Assembly: GCA_964529715.1 (NCBI GenBank)
Contig: CAZGXI010000009.1
Span: forward strand, 20,349 to 84,348
Source of the DNA: an uncultured Anaerolineae bacterium
GTDB lineage: Bacteria > Chloroflexota > Anaerolineae > Aggregatilineales > Ch27
Length of the DNA: 64,000 nucleotides
Direction: 5' to 3'
Made by a program: the position numbers and the translations under genes. Under the pieces are notes generated by a model that did not search any database, was not told where the DNA came from, and saw only the letters and a program-made list of their open reading frames with translations. Shown here in pieces: positions 58,794-64,000 of this stretch (positions are counted from its first letter, which is position 1; each line of letters starts with the position of its first letter).

Positions 58794-59239
58794 ACATTTT
58801 AGGTGTTGGACCTGCCGAACTGATCATCATCGTCTTGCTGTTGCTGGTGGTAGCCGGACCCAAGCGCATGATTCAGTGGGCCTATATCGCCGGGCGCTAT
58901 TGGGCGCAGATTCGCGCCCAGTTACAAGAGGCAGCGCGCGTATTCCAGAATGAACTGGAACAGGCCGGGATCGACCCGGAAGTGGTCAAGACTGCGCAGA
59001 AAATGACCCGGCGGGGTGCGCAAAACCCGATCACACAGGCGATGGAGACGCTTACCAAACCGGTTGCCGATGCCATGAAGGAGGTGGGGACGATTTCGCT
59101 GGAACCGCCGAAGAATGCTCCTTCCCATACTCCCAGGACGCCTACGCCGCCAGCGCAAATCGCGCCCGCCACCCAGAATCAGGAAGCTGTGCCGGACGAT
59201 CATTCCTCAGAGCGATATGACGCATGGACACCCAACTAA
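58790..59239 (+). CDS. Tat translocase TatA/TatB family protein (long, TatB-like)
   Basis: MNILGVGPAELIIIVLLLLVVAGPKRM plus an amphipathic helix. ATGA overlap with the nusB stop. Confidence 0.8.
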   Translation: MNILGVGPAELIIIVLLLLVVAGPKRMIQWAYIAGRYWAQIRAQLQEAARVFQNELEQAGIDPEVVKTAQKMTRRGAQNPITQAMETLTKPVADAMKEVGTISLEPPKNAPSHTPRTPTPPAQIAPATQNQEAVPDDHSSERYDAWTPN

Positions 59240-60027
59240 AACCTGCTGCCCGGCCCGTAAAAAAAGCGGTTGCATCTCCACCGTCCTCTCCCCCTGCCGA
59301 GGACGGCCAGGGCGCAGAAATGTCTTTTCTGGATCACCTCAATGAACTGCGTAAACGGCTGGTGCGGGCTGTGCTTGGTCTGGCAGCGACGGTGTTGGTA
59401 TCTATCTTCTTTGCTGACCAGATTCTCGTCTACCTGACCCGGCCCTATGGCGAACGGCTGCAAACGCTCGGCCCGACCGAAGGCGTGGTGATCTATTTTC
59501 GCGTGGCGCTGCTCGCCGGCGCGATCCTGGCGATCCCCTGGATTACCTGGCAGATGTGGATGTTTATCGCCCCAGGGCTGACGCGCAAGGAACGGCGCTG
59601 GATTTTGCTGTCTTTGCCGGCTACCACGATCCTGTTTCTGGTCGGCGTGGCGTTTGCCTGGTTCTTGCTGATGCCCGCTGCACTCAATTTCCTCAGCGAA
59701 TTCCAGAGCGATATTTTCGTGACAGGCTGGACTGCCGACGAATACGTGGCGTTCGTGACGGCGCTGCTGTTCTGGATCGGCGTCAGCTTTGAGATGCCGC
59801 TCATTTTCTTCATCCTGTCGCGGATGGGGCTGGTAGCTCCCGCCACGCTGCGCCAGAACTGGCGGCTGGCAGTGGTTGGCTCGGCCATCCTCGCTGCGTT
59901 GATCACGCCAACAATCGATCCTTTCAACATGATGTTGGTGATGGGGCCGCTGCTGGTGCTGTACGTGCTCAGTATTGTGTTGAGTACGATTGCCTACCGC
60001 CGGGGCGGGTTTGCGTCCAGATCGTAA
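59224..60027 (+). CDS. tatC: Tat translocase subunit TatC
   Basis: MSFLDHLNELRKRL core N-terminus (that ATG is at 59320) and 6 TM helices. The longer start at 59224 overlaps tatA/B, so the start is uncertain. Confidence 0.85.
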   Translation: MDTQLKPAARPVKKAVASPPSSPPAEDGQGAEMSFLDHLNELRKRLVRAVLGLAATVLVSIFFADQILVYLTRPYGERLQTLGPTEGVVIYFRVALLAGAILAIPWITWQMWMFIAPGLTRKERRWILLSLPATTILFLVGVAFAWFLLMPAALNFLSEFQSDIFVTGWTADEYVAFVTALLFWIGVSFEMPLIFFILSRMGLVAPATLRQNWRLAVVGSAILAALITPTIDPFNMMLVMGPLLVLYVLSIVLSTIAYRRGGFASRS

Positions 60028-60120
60028 TTGTGCAATTTGTATGAGATAACTTGACCCTGAGTTGGTCTGGGTGCACAATTGTCGCGCTCTGAACCCGATT
60101 GCTCAGGAGTTTCACCGAAC

Positions 60121-61440
60121 ATGGCACGCACGCGCGTTATTATCATGGGCGCCGCCGGGCGCGATTTCCATAACTTCAACGTCTTTTTCCGCGATAACGA
60201 GCAGTACGAGGTCGTGGCGTTCACCGCAACCCAGATTCCCGACATCGAGGGACGCACCTATCCGCCGGAACTGGCCGGGAAGTTGTATCCACAGGGCATC
60301 CCGATTTTTGCGGAAGCCGATCTGGTGAAGTTGATCCGCGACTACCGCGTCGATGAGGTCGTCTTTGCTTACTCCGACGTGTCCCACAACTACGTGATGC
60401 ACCGGGCAAGCACGGTCCTGGCTGCCGGGGCCGATTATCGCCTGATGGGTCCGGCGCGCACGCAGATCGCCAGCCGCAAGCCGGTGGTCAGCGTGGGGGC
60501 GGTGCGCACAGGCTCCGGCAAGAGCCAGACCACGCGCCGCGTCGGCGATGCGCTGCGCGAGATGGGCTACCGGGTGGCCGCCATCCGCCACCCCATGCCC
60601 TACGGCGACCTGGCAAAACAGGCCGTGCAGCGGTTCGCCAGTTACGATGACCTGGACCGTTACGACGTCACCATTGAGGAACGCGAGGAATACGAGCCGC
60701 ATATCGACCGGGGAATCGTTGTGTATGCCGGCGTGGATTACGAGGCGATCCTGCGGCAGGCGGAACAGGAGGCCGACATCATTTTGTGGGACGGCGGCAA
60801 TAACGACCTGTCGTTTTACAGGAGTGACCTGCACATCGTTGTCGTCGATCCACACCGCCCCGGTCATGAGCTGGCCTATCATCCCGGCGAGGCTAACCTG
60901 CGCATGGCCGATGTGGTGGTAATTAACAAAATCGATACCGCCGACCCGGCGAATGTGATGACCGTGCGGGAGAATGCCCGTGCCCTGGCTCCCCAGGCCG
61001 TGATCGTCGAAGCGGCCTCCCCGATCCTGGTTGATGACCCGGATGCCATTGTCGGCAAAAAGGTGCTGGTCATCGAGGACGGCCCGACCCTGACGCACGG
61101 CGAGATGTCTTATGGCGCGGGCATTGTTGCGGCCAAACGTTTCGGCGCGGCGGAAATCGTCGATCCGCGTCCCTATGCCGTGCGCAGCATCCGTGCCACG
61201 TTCGAGAAATATCCGTCTACCGGCCCGTTGCTCCCGGCAATGGGCTACGGCGACTCGCAACGCGCCGATTTGCAGGAGACCATCGCTGCCACGCCGTGCG
61301 ACCTGGTGCTGGTGGCAACGCCGATTGACCTGTCCCGCGTCGTTCAGATGGACAAACCGCACCAGCGCGTCCGCTACGAGCTTCAGGAGATCGGGCGGCC
61401 TACTTTGGCCGACATTCTGAAGAGGAAGTTCGGCAGATAA
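60121..61440 (+). CDS. COG2403-type P-loop protein, cyclic 2,3-diphosphoglycerate synthetase-like
   Basis: N-terminus RVIIMGAAGRDFHNFNVFFRD, P-loop GAVRTGSGKSQTT, NKxD-like VINKID. ATG at 60121 with AGGAG upstream. The family assignment is from memory of the N-terminal signature. Confidence 0.6.
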   Translation: MARTRVIIMGAAGRDFHNFNVFFRDNEQYEVVAFTATQIPDIEGRTYPPELAGKLYPQGIPIFAEADLVKLIRDYRVDEVVFAYSDVSHNYVMHRASTVLAAGADYRLMGPARTQIASRKPVVSVGAVRTGSGKSQTTRRVGDALREMGYRVAAIRHPMPYGDLAKQAVQRFASYDDLDRYDVTIEEREEYEPHIDRGIVVYAGVDYEAILRQAEQEADIILWDGGNNDLSFYRSDLHIVVVDPHRPGHELAYHPGEANLRMADVVVINKIDTADPANVMTVRENARALAPQAVIVEAASPILVDDPDAIVGKKVLVIEDGPTLTHGEMSYGAGIVAAKRFGAAEIVDPRPYAVRSIRATFEKYPSTGPLLPAMGYGDSQRADLQETIAATPCDLVLVATPIDLSRVVQMDKPHQRVRYELQEIGRPTLADILKRKFGR

Positions 61441-61448
61441 CAAGATCA

Positions 61449-61478
61449 GCGGCGGACTCGGTCCGCCGCCGTGATTTT
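61449..61478 (+). terminator. terminator-like hairpin after 60121..61440
   Basis: 9-bp stem GCGGCGGAC/GTCCGCCGC, 3-nt loop. The TTTT tract is offset by 5 nt, and the next ATG is at 61484. Confidence 0.45.
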
Positions 61479-61483
61479 AAGCC

Positions 61484-62419
61484 ATGCCTGACGCACCTGA
61501 GAAAACCCGCCTTGCGCGCGCCGAACGACCGCTGGCGTTCCGCCGCCTGCTCAGGCGGATCGGTTTCGCCGCCGCTGCCGTCGTGCTGGCGGTGATCCTG
61601 ACGCCTGTCGGGATCGGCTTTGCAACTCTGTGGGGCATCACGCGCCCGCCGTGTTCGCCCGGCCCCACGCCGGAGCAGGTCGGTTTGTCTGCCGAAGATG
61701 TCCGCGTGCCTTCGCGCCTGGGGATGGCCTTTCGCGGCTACTTTGTCCGGGGAACCAACGGCGCGACGATCATCGTCACGCCTGCTTACGGGCAGGATCG
61801 CGGCGGCTGGTTACACGAGGCGGCGGTGCTGGCGCGCGCCGGCTACAGCATCCTGACATTTGATGGCCGCCCCTGCGCTGGGATCACGCCGCACAGCCTG
61901 GGCTGGTGGGAGGCCGACGACGTGCTGGACGCGCTCGTATACCTGCATTCGCGCAGCGACGTGGACATGGCGCGCATCGGGGCGCACGGCTTTTCCCAGG
62001 CAGGCGCAACCAACCTGTTTGCCGCCGTCCGTTCCCCAGACCTGAAGGCTGTGATCGCCGAGGGCGGCTATGTCGATTACGCAGGCCAGGCGCTCGGAAT
62101 CGGTTATCCCCAAGATGCCTTTACCACGTTGTTCGGTTTTGGCGCGCAGGTGGGCTACCGCGTCGCAACAGGGATGGACGTTAGCATCTTGCGGCCTATC
62201 GACGCCATTCCGCAGATCGCCCCGCGCCGCGTGCTGCTGATCTACGGCACGCTGGAGCCGATGACTCCCGGCGCGCGCGAAGCGGCCCACCTGGGCGATC
62301 ACGTGCAGTTGTGGGAAGTTCCCGGCGCGGATCACGGCGACTACCTGCGGGCGGCAGGCGAAGACGAGTTCGCCCGCCGCGTGGTTGGCTTTTTTGATGC
62401 GGCGCTGGCGCAACAGTAG
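61484..62419 (+). CDS. alpha/beta hydrolase with N-terminal TM anchor
   Basis: Nucleophile elbow GAHGFSQAG (GxSxG-like) and a C-terminal GADHGD histidine region. Confidence 0.65.
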   Translation: MPDAPEKTRLARAERPLAFRRLLRRIGFAAAAVVLAVILTPVGIGFATLWGITRPPCSPGPTPEQVGLSAEDVRVPSRLGMAFRGYFVRGTNGATIIVTPAYGQDRGGWLHEAAVLARAGYSILTFDGRPCAGITPHSLGWWEADDVLDALVYLHSRSDVDMARIGAHGFSQAGATNLFAAVRSPDLKAVIAEGGYVDYAGQALGIGYPQDAFTTLFGFGAQVGYRVATGMDVSILRPIDAIPQIAPRRVLLIYGTLEPMTPGAREAAHLGDHVQLWEVPGADHGDYLRAAGEDEFARRVVGFFDAALAQQ

Positions 62420-62455
62420 CAGACCGCCGTGATGAACAGGTTACGTGCGTGGTTT

Positions 62456-63607
62456 TTAACGCAGCGCGCCGTTTTCCCGATACAAACGCGGCAGGCGCGG
62501 CAGGAGTGAGGTTGTCACCTCATAGTTGATTGTCTCGGTCCAGCCGGCGATCTCCTCGGCAGTGATGTAGCCATCTCCCTGGCGGCCCAGCAGCACGACT
62601 TCGTCTCCCAGCTTCACCGACCCGACCAGCGAAATATCGACCACGAACTGATCCATGCAGACCCGCCCGACAATGGGAGCGCGTTTGCCGTTGATCAACA
62701 CCGCCCCCCGGTTTGAGGCCAGGCGATGATAACCGTCGCCATAGCCGACTGGGATCAGCGCCACCGGCGTTTCTCGCGGTGTGATATAAGTACGCCCATA
62801 GCTGATGCTCGATCCGGCGGGCAGGGTGCGCACGCGCGCTACATGGCTTTTGATCGCCAGCGCCGGGCGCAGGGGCAGGGCGGGCGGAACCTCGCCGGAT
62901 GGGCGCAGGCCATACGTCGCCACGCCGGGCCGAACCGCGTCCAGGTGCATATCCGGCAGGTCCAGGATCGTGGCGCTGTTGGCAACGTGCCGCAGGGGGA
63001 TGGTGTGTCCTGCTGTTTGTGCTTCTGCCGCCACGCGCTGGAAGATGCGGAATTGTTCCCTGGTGTAGGTTTTGTCGGCCAGGTCTGCGACGGCGAAGTG
63101 CGTGTACAGCCCTTCGAGGGTCAGGTTGGGGAGTGTCGTGAGCCAGTTCAGGAAGGGCACCACTTCCTCCGGCAGCAGGCCGAAGCGCCCCATCCCGGTA
63201 TCGACCTTGACGTGCACCGGCATGATCCGCCCCTGTGCGACAGCGCGGGCAGATAGTGCCTCTGCCGTCTCCCGTTCGGTTACGGCGACGGTCAGGTTGT
63301 GTGCCACGACCGCGTCCATGTCGCCGGGCGGGGTATAGCTCATCGCCAGGATCGGCGCAGTGATGCCTGCTTTGCGCAGTTCGATTCCCTCGCCTGCCCG
63401 CGCCACCGCCAACCGCTCAGCTCCGTGCTTGAGAGCCGTTTGTGCGACCTCTACTGCGCCATGCCCATAGGCATTGGCCTTGACGACGGCCATCAGCGCC
63501 ACACGGGGGCCGACGTGCGTCTTAAGCGTGCGTATGTTGTGCGCAATGGCGTCCAGATCAACTTCGACGTAGCTGAGGGGCAGGTCGGCATGGTCGGGTG
63601 AAGACAT
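62456..63607 (-). CDS. alr: alanine racemase
   Basis: PLP-lysine motif AVVKANAYGHG. C-terminal GRVCMDQFVVD. ATG at 63607 with RBS AAAGGAG. Confidence 0.9.
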   Translation of the reverse strand: MSSPDHADLPLSYVEVDLDAIAHNIRTLKTHVGPRVALMAVVKANAYGHGAVEVAQTALKHGAERLAVARAGEGIELRKAGITAPILAMSYTPPGDMDAVVAHNLTVAVTERETAEALSARAVAQGRIMPVHVKVDTGMGRFGLLPEEVVPFLNWLTTLPNLTLEGLYTHFAVADLADKTYTREQFRIFQRVAAEAQTAGHTIPLRHVANSATILDLPDMHLDAVRPGVATYGLRPSGEVPPALPLRPALAIKSHVARVRTLPAGSSISYGRTYITPRETPVALIPVGYGDGYHRLASNRGAVLINGKRAPIVGRVCMDQFVVDISLVGSVKLGDEVVLLGRQGDGYITAEEIAGWTETINYEVTTSLLPRLPRLYRENGALR

Positions 63608-63737
63608 CGGGCAGATCTCCTTTCTTGCAAAAACGAAGAATAGTATACACTGCCTCGCAGAAGGTGGAACTGCTGCGCTCACGCGAACGTCTTGTAGGTG
63701 TCAGTTCATGTTCAAACGACCGAAGCGAGGTGAACCG

Positions 63738-64000
63738 TGTTGCGAAGCCGTATATTTCCCAGTCTGCTGGTGCTTTTATTGCTGGCAGGTTTGGCCCTGG
63801 CGCTGGGCCGTGTCTGGGCGCAGGGGGATGAACCTCTGCCGCCTCACGTGATCGATGTGTGGCCGCTGCCCGGTGTTGAGTTAGCGCCGGATGAAGCTCT
63901 GACCGTGACGTTCGATCAGCCGGTAGACGCTGGCAGCGTCGAGGCTGCGTTTGTCTTCGATCCGCCTCTGGCGGGAAGTTTTGCCTGGTCCGACGCGCGG
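63738..64000 (+). CDS. secreted protein, N-terminal fragment (continues beyond window)
   Basis: GTG at 63738 (or TTG at 63741) after GAGGTG. Signal peptide LRSRIFPSLLVLLLLAGLALALGRVWAQG, then an Ig-like-domain-style start (VIDVWPLPGVELAPDEALTVTFDQPVD). Confidence 0.5.

Noticed and set aside
60112-61443. 443-aa minus-strand ORF opposite the COG2403-like gene
   Set aside because: The plus strand has a P-loop, an NKxD-like motif and a good RBS. The minus-strand product is low-complexity and spans the hairpin at 61449.
62420-62455. Terminator between the hydrolase and alr (convergent genes)
   Set aside because: Only a 5-bp imperfect stem with a large loop precedes the TTTTT tract. That is too weak to call.

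Overview
High-GC (~60-65%) bacterial chromosomal window, densely coding (about 50 CDS). I found no rRNA, tRNA, CRISPR array, transposase, integrase or prophage signature. Gene content and style (many secreted proteins with Pro/Thr-rich linkers, several giant GT-C-like membrane proteins, Ser/Thr kinase, H+-PPase) suggest a Chloroflexota-like organism, but that is inference only. All calls rest on motifs read from the ORF translations and on start-codon/RBS inspection; no database search was run. Confident housekeeping genes: lysS, trmD, rlmN, recF, greA, nusB, tatA/B-tatC, fabG, alr, deoC and hppA. Confident modules: a csoR-copZ-copA copper operon with a clear promoter, operator and terminator, and a Fe3+-type ABC importer. 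Regions I consider most worth follow-up: (1) a GT2 + PMT/ArnT-like GT-C + YfhO-like module (13968-18986); (2) a DUF2723/TMEM260-like protein operonic with a Pro/Thr-linker lipoprotein glycosidase (50763-55107), a possible O-glycosyltransferase/acceptor pair; (3) an orphan CoxD/CoxE-type MoxR-VWA pair following an iron ABC operon that carries an inserted YwiC-like membrane gene; (4) an orphan NHLP/LigA-like small protein; (5) tandem active/inactive MA-metallopeptidase-like paralogs, one with a GlyGly-CTERM-like tail; (6) a COG2403/cyclic-2,3-diphosphoglycerate-synthetase-like P-loop protein; (7) a greA leader with terminator-like hairpins. None of these is demonstrably a new system from sequence alone. 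Many long ORFs in the six-frame track are antisense shadows typical of high-GC DNA and were rejected.
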